Shown: in pieces, positions 12,501-19,909 of the stretch | How positions within the stretch are numbered: position 1 is the first letter of the stretch | Layout of the letters: each line of letters starts with the position of its first letter | IMG/VR virus record: IMGVR_UViG_3300000439_000006 | Strand: one strand, 5' to 3' | DNA from: a virus | Taxonomy: Duplodnaviria; Heunggongvirae; Uroviricota; Caudoviricetes | DNA: 64,000 nucleotides | Translations under genes and position numbers: made by a program | Notes under the pieces: model-generated | The model's input: only the letters and a program-made list of their open reading frames with translations | The model's database searches: none | Told to the model about the DNA's origin: nothing

Positions 12501-13290
12501 TAGTAATGTAGTGGCTAAGCTTCACTCTATGCAAAAGAGAATCAACGGATCATATAATAAGTTTGATAAAACATATATTGAGAAAACATCTCTTGGTAAG
12601 ATGGCTACGTTCTTTAGAAAGCACGTTATTCCATTGGGTGTTAATAGACTAGGTACATTAAGAGAAAACTACGAGAGTATGAGTACAGAAGAAGGATTTT
12701 ATATCACCTTCTGTAAAACTATGGGTAAAGATCTGATGCATTTCCGTCTACAAAATATTATAAACTGGGAAAACTATTCAGATAGAGAAAAGAGAGCTAT
12801 CAAAAGAACCCTAACAGATGTAGGTATTATTCTTACATGTATGGCTGCATACACACTTATAGGTGGGTATAACGAGAATGATAAGGATAAGATGAAGAAA
12901 CTAAGAAGAACATCTTGGGCCAATCAGGCTATGGTGTTTGAGTTGTTAAAACTTAAATCTGAAACAGAACAGTTTATACCGGCTCCTGATATGGGATTGA
13001 ACGAGTTGAAAAGACTTTATTCTAACCCATCGCTTATTCTGTCAGAAACAACTCAGATGTTCTACATGACTAGTTTGTTAGCTAAACAAGCTGCACACGC
13101 TATTCCTGGATCTAACTTCTTTGAGAACGATCTTTATTATCAAAAAGATACAGACCAAGGTGGTCTTGGAGATAAAGGAGATTCTAAACTACTACACGAA
13201 CTTGTCAGATCATTTAGTGGATATAGTGGTAAAACATTCCATCCAGCTGACGCGGTCAAATCATTTGAATATGGACAAAGAATCAAGTAA
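6580..13290 (+). CDS. Giant structural or ejected virion protein, function unknown (crAss-like large virion protein block)
   Basis: 2236-aa ORF starting 13 nt after the first giant ORF. No recognisable catalytic motif. Coding periodicity is strong, and only tiny spurious antisense ORFs lie inside it. Confidence 0.6.
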   Translation: MISCPNKNTKEWKELSAAIGAKQAMLAFIRNGDQIPSEAEARELLTNKGLLEGLRNMPMLSQETVFSTLQTNNLLTGSPIQDRGKTWYQLADREDVAEKLGQYTNEYGPVLEYDNGYVTVAQDSIDKWNEVAQLKSSKQMNATELAEEFLDRIGVPIQERSDVLARHGSNGVANMAEKMVEIQSGMKDVALPEEALHFFLEMLPQDHPALLEALDKIRNKSVYGETLEQYKNNPNYQVDGKPNFTKIKKEALAKELASRMKSKDHGWLSTLIDGILNFIKSLTLQKTAIEKLEDLFYSKDISLLNMNLNSSELYNQLADETKSFYEAQSANEAQKKTLDAILAHTAAINFDKSNHILTHHATVTSDGIVMRSVTQVLGSDFYSELDHMQTVETILDNFEQFFPDIIGEDSPKIKNYIDSVSGKKDEEELIKKYKAKVLLDYFTEKLLNDTTKETVEDLLKVLPAGIAKQIVQASQNKQKTLFGTAVHTIVESIIMDKEIDLDNLDPIIYQFMDKKTLMGLIYGKGLKDTGIRGLIQDLQKDGSVLMSEVEVGNGTVGGVIDLIAIRPDGTAEVYDFKTKFLREHKFNQADIKAEFEQVTRELSKFGIKKDPAILAGLADTRRSLNQKYTQQLSLYKNLLMEAGIRVGGLHIIGVPYRTNAEGKVTEVKAFVADPISYNDKIGSYLFNIADKSMDASKKSKKMTIEDERTKLLDDISNDSMKESFTKALTRLQQLYEHFKKNKNINTIYDLLTDKTSKTNRVDTQRDLVRTILNNFENFDDATKFLNVQKGFLELIDSSVGIIQTVAKEFDRLRKLKAVDEKSAVQRINELQKVNDFVTGYETMFKEMLGHLDSADLDNPLVKRLADMIGITTSIKSQYVDSIFGDVTDIMLSEFSPDDLENMRRLYTEDMIAAKQRGDEKLTKMYEERIKNLPSKESIAEVIKGNRGDVGWFWGKFVATISNPDIILSSVAKRLKAVLDRVRLMNKEFKDNLSVEFDKRAKLYGRGLDIKKINESLVYEAKEFNASTGKEMNVSYFKSEYHEKLYADYNKLKYNLKQAEEEKDVTKIKAAKLAIKNFEQKYFESNFTNEYFKLTSVLDKEVTHAGNKTTIRELIADIYDKINAVQRRGGYSDEDISSGNMTDEDLQERMDLFRQISSLKESNDENGLPKTGEALKIAEALKEYDKNKELLYDYVELTDLFNHKQQEMKLKYGEGSEEYEAWMAKNTRLAISDEYYTRRQQILDRIKEINNNDEASVKMDELYRELSVLAKPYKDADGYIRGQNMPADVAQKIKRIEAEIVTQRQNLDNFIMNGNTAAEKEEINQINFLKYNDKAYDRERLNELIREGKNRLQDRIDNDPDYAEKYDEMTDLLNELYKMGKTEITEYYYEELDKQRRNFAEANNVTYEEFMNNPEMYEDFEKSEWFINNHNIIDKIVYEDPETGETLGSKIRNPIWSWKRNMPIDKYITRKPANHFYQRTLKESYTDANGKEVLLKNTDNKDVQGRFKPKNAEQYKKEYGKEHPYLNKDFTSLRDKYTNGTASEKEKVDYENLLFIHKSMLDAQEGIEVSQRLGLAVPFLEKHGRERTIESRGNNFIEKGNSIWQGIKRSVTSTEQDVDQEGIHSSKTTEYSHLATMDNNEYKFVPVRYSTKGEADNASYDVWGGVLNYVAATNRKKELDQEMAMLNGLEKMLGDERNQPKSEANNLIANKIFKKYLPDMTQKINSGTNTRLEVLKSFVNSVMFNEESFKGYEVLGVNSQKVVNKMMRMISFTTLGFAPFNWMTNLLSGHVQNIVEAVGGNTITLNGYKDAKNMIYMGSSKYGTPIKDMMNDYSKVGNKSFWGQIMEYFDPIQGEVDDEYGHKTSFNKFANILHAGVYAGKMWGEWEIQMSTFIAYMLNNKVSDGKVVDRESFITKHMGDISDMSIKEISAKKLEAIKAFDALEHNLLDLFEMKDGKLVVKAQFKDVFELGSKDFSNVVAKLHSMQKRINGSYNKFDKTYIEKTSLGKMATFFRKHVIPLGVNRLGTLRENYESMSTEEGFYITFCKTMGKDLMHFRLQNIINWENYSDREKRAIKRTLTDVGIILTCMAAYTLIGGYNENDKDKMKKLRRTSWANQAMVFELLKLKSETEQFIPAPDMGLNELKRLYSNPSLILSETTQMFYMTSLLAKQAAHAIPGSNFFENDLYYQKDTDQGGLGDKGDSKLLHELVRSFSGYSGKTFHPADAVKSFEYGQRIK

Positions 13291-13296
13291 AAATAA

Positions 13297-13326
13297 AGGG
13301 AGTCACAAAATGACTCCCTTTTCATT
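13297..13326. terminator. Bidirectional intrinsic terminator at the plus-to-minus strand switch
   Basis: GGGAGTCA-caaaa-TGACTCCC hairpin with an A-run upstream and TTTTCATT downstream. It sits between convergent genes. Confidence 0.6.
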
Positions 13327-13771
13327 AGTCTGTCGTAAAAGGATGTTTCATAAGAAAACAATCCTGTGGTTGATCCATGTGTTTTTTAAAGCCGTTAATA
13401 TAGCTTTGTATATTAGCCGCTCCGACAGGGTTGTGGCTATGTACAGAACATGCCTTTAACATCACTTTGTTAGGCTGACAATATTCTTCTATAAGCCAAC
13501 GAGCACACTCGAGCCCGGTCTTTTCTTTGTACTCCTCATACTTGGGAAACTGATGACCTATGAGTCCCACCTGTGTGGCATAGTCATCCATATGTTCATC
13601 TGCAAGATCGTGGTCAAAAGATATAAGATCTGGTATCCCATTCTTCTTAATCCAATCTACAAACTGATCATAGTTTCTTACCACCTGCCATTCTTCATAG
13701 CCAGGTATAGTTGTTGTAGGCGTTCTATTATCGTCCAAGTAAAGGGCTTTTTTAAGCTTTGTTGCTTTCAT
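13325..13771 (-). CDS. Hypothetical protein
   Basis: 148-aa ORF. A DHD-containing acidic segment (ISFDHDLADEH) could be metal-binding. Confidence 0.5.
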   Translation of the reverse strand: MKATKLKKALYLDDNRTPTTTIPGYEEWQVVRNYDQFVDWIKKNGIPDLISFDHDLADEHMDDYATQVGLIGHQFPKYEEYKEKTGLECARWLIEEYCQPNKVMLKACSVHSHNPVGAANIQSYINGFKKHMDQPQDCFLMKHPFTTD

Positions 13772-14240
13772 ATTGGTTTTTTAATGTTTCTATTTCAGCT
13801 TGTAACTTGTCTATTGTTTCTTCATGTCTGGTAACAGCTATCATAAGATTTTCGTTAACATTTACAAGTGTTTCTATAGCGCTAGTGTAACCATCTAAAG
13901 GTAATGTTATATGTGTTTCACAAATAGGAACACCAGCTACACTTATTTCTAAATGAGCGGTCATACTATTATAGAACTGTCCATTTAATGCGAGCTTACT
14001 AACATATGTTCCTCTAGCTGCGGATAGATGTACTGTATGACCAATCTTCATATTATCTTGTAACCAAGCTATGGTCTCATCATGTAAGAAAAATCTAGGA
14101 CTTGGCTTAGCTAGAGGATTAGAATCCTTTTTTTCTTTTGGTTTTTCTGTTGTTGGTACACCATTATGCCAACTAGGTGTTAACTCTATATGTTCATAAC
14201 CTAGTGGATCTAATGGTAATGTTTCCCTACTCATGTTCAA
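13752..14240 (-). CDS. Hypothetical protein
   Basis: 162-aa ORF whose 3' end overlaps the start of the neighbouring minus-strand gene, consistent with an operon. Confidence 0.5.
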   Translation of the reverse strand: MNMSRETLPLDPLGYEHIELTPSWHNGVPTTEKPKEKKDSNPLAKPSPRFFLHDETIAWLQDNMKIGHTVHLSAARGTYVSKLALNGQFYNSMTAHLEISVAGVPICETHITLPLDGYTSAIETLVNVNENLMIAVTRHEETIDKLQAEIETLKNQYESNKA

Positions 14241-14769
14241 AGTTTTTATGCATTAACGATTCTTGTACTCCAGTTTGGTTATGATACTTGGATCCAGCTT
14301 TTTGGTCATAGCTTTCTTCCACTTCACCTTCCACTCTGGCAAACTCTATCTGACATATCTTCATGTTAGGATATACTATGACAGGTCTTGTAGCCACTAG
14401 TTCTAATACTAAACTACCTTCAAAGCCTGGGTCAATAAACCCTGCAGTGACATGTATAAAGAGTCCTAGTCTACCAAGAGAAGACTTACCTTCTACCTTG
14501 GCTCTAATGTTACCCTTAACACCTATTCTTTCATTCACAGCATACAGATACACTTCACCTGGTAGTAAAACATAACCTTCTTCAGGAATAGTTAGTTCTT
14601 CTACATCATTAGGTCTACGTGGATCTAATACACCTGGTTTATAAATTTTAAACTGTGGAGCTAGAGTTAAATCTACACTCACTGGGTTTATATACTTTTC
14701 ATCAAAGGGGGATATAATTATGTTCCCAGCTTCGATCTCTTTCTTAATTGTCTTGTCTGATAATATCAT
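14227..14769 (-). CDS. dcd: dCTP deaminase / dUTPase superfamily enzyme (Dcd-like)
   Basis: N-terminal MILSDKTIKKEI...ISPF and a GFIDPGFEGSLVLEL motif typical of Dcd/dUTPase beta-barrel enzymes. 180 aa. Confidence 0.7.
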   Translation of the reverse strand: MILSDKTIKKEIEAGNIIISPFDEKYINPVSVDLTLAPQFKIYKPGVLDPRRPNDVEELTIPEEGYVLLPGEVYLYAVNERIGVKGNIRAKVEGKSSLGRLGLFIHVTAGFIDPGFEGSLVLELVATRPVIVYPNMKICQIEFARVEGEVEESYDQKAGSKYHNQTGVQESLMHKNFEHE

Positions 14770-14770
14770 G

Positions 14771-15316
14771 TTACTTAATATTTAATAGTTTACAAATAGT
14801 TCTAAACTCGTTGATGGATGGGCACTTACCTTTAAAGTATTGAATGTATCCATCATATCTACCAGAACCATCTCTGTATAGGTTTTTTCTTTTAACTACA
14901 AGATTTTGATTAAGCTCCCAGTACTCAATCTCAACACCACTCTTTTCATAGTCTTGACGTGAAACACTTGATAGATTACCACCTGTATGTGTCCAACCTT
15001 CAGCTTCTATTTGTTCTCTAGTTAGATATAGAGTTCTAAAGTGTTTCATATTTTTTCTCATACACTCTATCCCATAGTTTTCTAAACTTTCTACAGTGAA
15101 TACATGATGTGTCCATCTAGTAAACTGGTCAATCTGTGTTGGATCAGCATGAGTATTCCACTCACACTCATACCCAACACGTATGTCTTCTATGGCTGGG
15201 GTATAATACTTTTTATCTTCCATGTTTTTAGTTTTATAAGGACAGTTTGTGCAACCATTGTTACAACAATATCCTCTGTTTAAAAGAAACTCTCTACTCA
15301 GTGGTTTGGCTACCAT
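14771..15316 (-). CDS. Cys-rich hypothetical protein
   Basis: 181 aa with an N-terminal NRGYCCNNGCTNCPY cysteine cluster. Confidence 0.5.
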   Translation of the reverse strand: MVAKPLSREFLLNRGYCCNNGCTNCPYKTKNMEDKKYYTPAIEDIRVGYECEWNTHADPTQIDQFTRWTHHVFTVESLENYGIECMRKNMKHFRTLYLTREQIEAEGWTHTGGNLSSVSRQDYEKSGVEIEYWELNQNLVVKRKNLYRDGSGRYDGYIQYFKGKCPSINEFRTICKLLNIK

Positions 15317-15713
15317 CTTTCTTTTTTAATAATCTGTCACACTTTTGTTTCCATCCACCAGATTGTACTTGAATCATTGGTACACTACATCCATGGTGTC
15401 TTGCATTAGAGAGTTCCACTTCATCATCATCAAGATGCCATACAAAGTGTGTTCTATCTAAATAGGTCCACTTAGGTTCCATGTTCATAAATCTAACATG
15501 CCACCTTGGGATACCAAGTCTATCCACCACTTCCCAAAGATCTTCTTGTCCAGCTTCTGTCCAGTCTGCTCTATTGTAGAGATGTATATGTGCTTCATCA
15601 TATCTGGATGTAGTAACCCACACCTCATGACCTTGCATAATCAGCTCCTTAGCATACTTCTGGACATGCTCTTTACTAAGCGTCTTATCAAAGTCAAAGC
15701 TCACTCTACTCAT
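15294..15713 (-). CDS. HAD-superfamily phosphatase, possibly a nucleotidase
   Basis: N-terminal FDFDKTL (DxDxT HAD motif I). 139 aa. Confidence 0.55.
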   Translation of the reverse strand: MSRVSFDFDKTLSKEHVQKYAKELIMQGHEVWVTTSRYDEAHIHLYNRADWTEAGQEDLWEVVDRLGIPRWHVRFMNMEPKWTYLDRTHFVWHLDDDEVELSNARHHGCSVPMIQVQSGGWKQKCDRLLKKKDGSQTTE

Positions 15714-15985
15714 AGTTTTAAATATTTTCTTGTTTTTTCAATACGCTCTACATCTTCAGGAAGAGTTCGCGTTAGTCTCACACTCACCATCTTATCTAAG
15801 TTTGGTGAATAAACTGTTGTTTTACTTACACACTTCTTTTGTACTAAGTTAGGCGTAATACCTAGGCGACCCCCAGCTTTATTGAAGTTTTCATAAACAG
15901 CAATAAGTTTAGGAGTAGCCTCGGGATCATACACCTTTATACAAGTGTCTTTATATACATCATTTAAAGAATCTAGCTTACCCAT
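15710..15985 (-). CDS. Hypothetical protein
   Basis: 91-aa ORF in the operon. Confidence 0.4.
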   Translation of the reverse strand: MGKLDSLNDVYKDTCIKVYDPEATPKLIAVYENFNKAGGRLGITPNLVQKKCVSKTTVYSPNLDKMVSVRLTRTLPEDVERIEKTRKYLKL

Positions 15986-16254
15986 TAGGCAAATAGTTGA
16001 TGGTTGTGGTTTTCTTCATTCCAACGACTAACAAGATCTTTCCAATATCCATTCTCGAAGTTAAACCTGTTAATCACTGTAACCAGCTCTGGAAAACCCA
16101 AAGCTATTTTAGCTCGATGTTGTGTATCGAGTTTAAATATAGCGTCTATCAACGCTGTTATACCTGACCCAGTCATTCCCAGTTTGTACATACAAAACTG
16201 TTCTTCAGCCATGGTCACCTTTGTATTTGTATAATCTTTTCCTATCCCGCCCAT
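15985..16254 (-). CDS. Hypothetical protein
   Basis: 89-aa ORF in the operon. Confidence 0.4.
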   Translation of the reverse strand: MGGIGKDYTNTKVTMAEEQFCMYKLGMTGSGITALIDAIFKLDTQHRAKIALGFPELVTVINRFNFENGYWKDLVSRWNEENHNHQLFA

Positions 16255-16568
16255 GTTTCACCTAGTTTATTTATTTCACAATATCTTTCTACACAGTCTT
16301 TAGCTTCTCTTAAACCAAGACCTGTCTCATCCTTATGCTGTTTTACAGCGCTAAACTTTTCACGTTTATGTATATGAGAAATAACTAAGGGACTTAATCC
16401 ATCTGGATTACTTCCTAAAACTGACCAATCAACAGTGGAAGTGTCTTCTCCTGAAAAACCTTGAGCTAGTCTTTTATTTATAGTTTGTATGAATAGGTAT
16501 ATCTCATCGCATGTAGCTTTTTGTTTGAGATATATATTCACAGCAGCTGTGTGTTTTGTTAAGGCCAT
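16242..16568 (-). CDS. Small protein with a ribosomal bL12 (L7/L12) C-terminal-domain-like motif
   Basis: The C-terminal ...AVKQHKDETGLGLREAKDCVE matches the bL12 CTD signature (AVR..TGLGLKEAKDLVE) almost residue for residue. Confidence 0.5.
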   Translation of the reverse strand: MALTKHTAAVNIYLKQKATCDEIYLFIQTINKRLAQGFSGEDTSTVDWSVLGSNPDGLSPLVISHIHKREKFSAVKQHKDETGLGLREAKDCVERYCEINKLGETWAG

Positions 16569-17266
16569 AATCCTTCTTGTTTTAAAATATTCTCCACAGT
16601 GAAGGCGAGACTGGTGAGATCGGATCCATTAAGTATCTTGTACTTAAAGTTCCAATTGTCCAGTCCCACTTCACTTGGATGATTATTGATTGGTTTAACA
16701 CCAGGACGATCTATACGAATAATAATTCCACCCTTAGATTCTATAGCTTCAGCTTCATTAGGAAACCTAGTATCAGTGATAATCCAGTTTGGACAATCCC
16801 AACCATTTGGAGCTAAATCCGCTGGGACACAATGATAATCCGCCATGAGTGCGTTTACCCATACGTTATCATGTAACCCCATTCTCATAGCATCAGTTCC
16901 CAGTTCCTGCAGAAACTGTCTCACTGTCATGGGTCGGATGTCTTCTACATGAAGTGTTTCTTTAGGAAAGAATCTTTTCTCTAACATCACCTTATCCCAT
17001 TGACTAGGAAGGTTTGTCTTCTTAAAGTCCTGATCCTCAAACATATGTTCGGGTATTCCTGTAAGAATAGAAGCTATTTGTTTTAGCTTTCCAGCAAACT
17101 TCTTTATCTCCCATCCAGATTGTTCTTCTAACCACCAATTATGATCTAAAGGATTTTTTAGAATCTCTTCTATAGAGATATCTTTATCTTTAGATAAGTG
17201 ATGTTGTATAATCTTTCCTACAGTGTCTTTTCCTACACCTCCATAAGAGTTTAATCCAATAATCAT
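16559..17266 (-). CDS. Deoxynucleoside monophosphate kinase-like P-loop kinase
   Basis: N-terminal MIIGLNSYGGVGKDTVGKII is a P-loop of the GxxxxGKD(T) type, resembling T4 gp1 dNMP kinase. 235 aa. Confidence 0.55.
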   Translation of the reverse strand: MIIGLNSYGGVGKDTVGKIIQHHLSKDKDISIEEILKNPLDHNWWLEEQSGWEIKKFAGKLKQIASILTGIPEHMFEDQDFKKTNLPSQWDKVMLEKRFFPKETLHVEDIRPMTVRQFLQELGTDAMRMGLHDNVWVNALMADYHCVPADLAPNGWDCPNWIITDTRFPNEAEAIESKGGIIIRIDRPGVKPINNHPSEVGLDNWNFKYKILNGSDLTSLAFTVENILKQEGLWP

Positions 17267-17278
17267 GTTGTATGTTTT

Positions 17279-18346
17279 TTATTTATCAAGTCTTATTCCA
17301 ACCATAACAGGGAACCTAGGTACACCTGTTTCTGAGTATTCAAAGAATCTAAGCTCAGCTGTCTTACCAATGTAAGCTTGTTTGTTAGCCAAAAACTCTT
17401 CACGATCTTTGTGAGAGAACTTAAGTCCAGCTCTAAGCTCATCGTTTGGAGCGCCTGGCCAATGAAACACTGGAACTCCCCATGTAGGTCTAGCTGATGC
17501 CGGTTCGATGTCTTTGATTGGCAAAGATATATCTTTGAAGTCTTTGTATTTCAAAAGATTTTCACTTCTTCCGTTAAGCTTATATCCTTCTTCTCCCCAT
17601 CTCACCATGGTTCCTTCATATCCTGTAGCGATATTAATACCATGATAGCTTTTAAGATCTTCTTCAGATGTAAGAAATACTGTTTGAACCTTCACCAAGT
17701 GTGGGATGTTCTCAAAAATACTTGTTTCATATCTGTTCTTAAAGCTCCATGTAGGTTTAACAACATCATAGATGTTAAACTTCACCTTCTCTGTATCAGC
17801 TCCACGATTCTTTTTAATAAGTCTCATGTTTTCCTGGAAAGATTCTCCATGAGCGTAGAGCTCTCCATCAAGAGTGTGTCCTGCAGGGATCTGTTGTAAG
17901 GCGCTGATGATGTGTGGACATGTAGTTATGTTTCCACCATCTCTACTGGTGAGTGTAGCGTTAGGACCAGTTGTTCCTAAAGCACGCATACCATCTAGTT
18001 TTGGTTGACCATATACATCATCTGTTCCCCATTTAATCTTTTTACCTAACAGCTTATAGTCTTTAGCCAACATAGGAAGTATCACCTGAATGTTCATAGC
18101 TTCATCAACTGTTTCAAAATAGTCTTCTTTTAGCTTTTCAAACACTTTACTCTTCGCTTCAAACTCAGCTTGTTGCTCTGGAGTGGTTTCATTTATCTTT
18201 CCTACGTTCTTTGAAGTACACTTCTTTCTAGCTTCTACTAAAGCTCCATCTAATAATCCTGATTTTTGCACAAGTTCATCACCTTCTACAGTGATATGTA
18301 ACACTCTTATTTTACCCTTTGAATCTTTTTTATATAATACGCTCAT
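17279..18346 (-). CDS. lig: ATP-dependent DNA ligase
   Basis: KLDGMRA matches adenylation motif I (KxDGxR). At 355 aa it is in the size range of the small phage ligases. Confidence 0.7.
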   Translation of the reverse strand: MSVLYKKDSKGKIRVLHITVEGDELVQKSGLLDGALVEARKKCTSKNVGKINETTPEQQAEFEAKSKVFEKLKEDYFETVDEAMNIQVILPMLAKDYKLLGKKIKWGTDDVYGQPKLDGMRALGTTGPNATLTSRDGGNITTCPHIISALQQIPAGHTLDGELYAHGESFQENMRLIKKNRGADTEKVKFNIYDVVKPTWSFKNRYETSIFENIPHLVKVQTVFLTSEEDLKSYHGINIATGYEGTMVRWGEEGYKLNGRSENLLKYKDFKDISLPIKDIEPASARPTWGVPVFHWPGAPNDELRAGLKFSHKDREEFLANKQAYIGKTAELRFFEYSETGVPRFPVMVGIRLDK

Positions 18347-18710
18347 TGTTATTCATTTTATCTATTACTAAATCTTTTGGAAAAGGAAGAGAATCCTTTT
18401 TCCAGTCTTCCACTACTTTTTCCGTGGTCCTCACAACGAGTCCTCGGGAACGTTTTTTTCCGTCCATATAATCTTTGCTATATCTCTCACTACTAAAGCT
18501 GTCCCATTTGGTTAGATGATAACCATGACAAACTCTACATGAATAATAGCGACATTGTTCCACCTTTCCTTTTCTACGATTATACCGCTTACCGGTCATA
18601 TAGTCGTAATAACGAGGAGTGGATTTTAATTGTGTTATCGCGGTTAACGCGTCACCAGGCGTAGGGTATCTAGTTTTCCCTGTTGTCTGGCACTTCGGGT
18701 ATTTTACCAT
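18330..18710 (-). CDS. Hypothetical Cys/His-rich protein
   Basis: 126 aa with CRYYSCRVCHGYH. Confidence 0.45.
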   Translation of the reverse strand: MVKYPKCQTTGKTRYPTPGDALTAITQLKSTPRYYDYMTGKRYNRRKGKVEQCRYYSCRVCHGYHLTKWDSFSSERYSKDYMDGKKRSRGLVVRTTEKVVEDWKKDSLPFPKDLVIDKMNNNERII

Positions 18711-19044
18711 ACTTCTTTTCTATATGATCTCTAGTCATTTCTATGACATATTCTACATCCTCACCCGGAAGACGGAACATCTCTTCGGTGATGAGCATTA
18801 GATAAACAAGGTCTGGTCTATCAAGATGCTTCTTAACCTCCATTACAGATGCTGTATCCGGCATAAGATCACATACATGATTGATAGCCGACCTAGCAGC
18901 TTGTAATGCTTTAGTTAAAGCATACTTTTGCTTTTGACTAGTGAGTCCTTTAGCCGCTTCTATCCTCAACTCTATACACTTAAGATGTTCTAATACACAT
19001 GCGAATAGATTAGAGACACTGTTTTCACTTAATTCTTCGGCCAT
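18670..19044 (-). CDS. Hypothetical protein
   Basis: 124-aa ORF. Confidence 0.45.
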   Translation of the reverse strand: MAEELSENSVSNLFACVLEHLKCIELRIEAAKGLTSQKQKYALTKALQAARSAINHVCDLMPDTASVMEVKKHLDRPDLVYLMLITEEMFRLPGEDVEYVIEMTRDHIEKKYGKIPEVPDNREN

Positions 19045-19071
19045 AAAAATAAAAAGGGGACCGAAGTCCCC
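19041..19071 (-). terminator. Intrinsic terminator (minus strand)
   Basis: On the minus strand, a GGGGACTTCGGTCCCC hairpin is followed by TTTTTATTTTT. Confidence 0.55.
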
Positions 19072-19077
19072 ATGTGT

Positions 19078-19890
19078 TTATAAAAATATTACACCAGGAT
19101 CATGAGCATGCTCTTTGATGTTTATAGTTTCGTAGTTTGGAACTATGATTGGAGCTGTAACTTGAGGAGTTACTAGTCCACCATATGCATCTATAAAGAA
19201 CTTGTGCACCTTCTGATGATCGTCCAGATAGGACATAGGATGTGAATCCTTCAAGCTAAATGTAACGTGGTTATAAAGATCCCAAGCTGAGTCTTTTGAT
19301 CCATAAATATGGCTCGGGTTATCCATCTCACGTTTCACTACGCCCAGCTGAGAAAGAGTTAAGATTTCTTGTGATACAAATAGCTGGCCGATGATGTTAG
19401 CTTTCTCTACTGGAGATAGAATAACCTTCTTTAGCATCTCTTTGTCTTTCACAAGTTGTTCATAATATTCTTTAGCATGGGATATCTGATAGTCGATAGT
19501 TGCTATCACCTCAGATAATGCTTGAGATCCACGATGTTTCTTACGATATTTAGCCAGATCACCGGCAACCATACCGTTCATACAAACTCTCACTTGTGAA
19601 CCTATAGCACATTTGAAGGCCATAGTTTTGTTGTAAGAGTTACTCCAACCAAACATAAGAGTCATATCAGGATCATTCCCATAATCTAGATGGTATATAC
19701 CTTGAGCAACTTCTCCGTTCAAGTTGGTTTTATAGAGCTCGTTAGTGATGTTAAACCCTGCAGCACTTAACTGAGATCTGGTTTGATCAATAACGTCCCC
19801 GTGAGATATGACTGTGTAACTCTTCCCATGTTGTGGAAGAGGTGTCTGTCGCATCAGTTGTTCTGTTGTGAATTCTATCTTAACAGGCAT
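19078..19890 (-). CDS. Hypothetical protein
   Basis: 270-aa ORF. Confidence 0.5.
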   Translation of the reverse strand: MPVKIEFTTEQLMRQTPLPQHGKSYTVISHGDVIDQTRSQLSAAGFNITNELYKTNLNGEVAQGIYHLDYGNDPDMTLMFGWSNSYNKTMAFKCAIGSQVRVCMNGMVAGDLAKYRKKHRGSQALSEVIATIDYQISHAKEYYEQLVKDKEMLKKVILSPVEKANIIGQLFVSQEILTLSQLGVVKREMDNPSHIYGSKDSAWDLYNHVTFSLKDSHPMSYLDDHQKVHKFFIDAYGGLVTPQVTAPIIVPNYETINIKEHAHDPGVIFL

Positions 19891-19909
19891 GTTGTTTGTT
19901 TTTTTGTTT

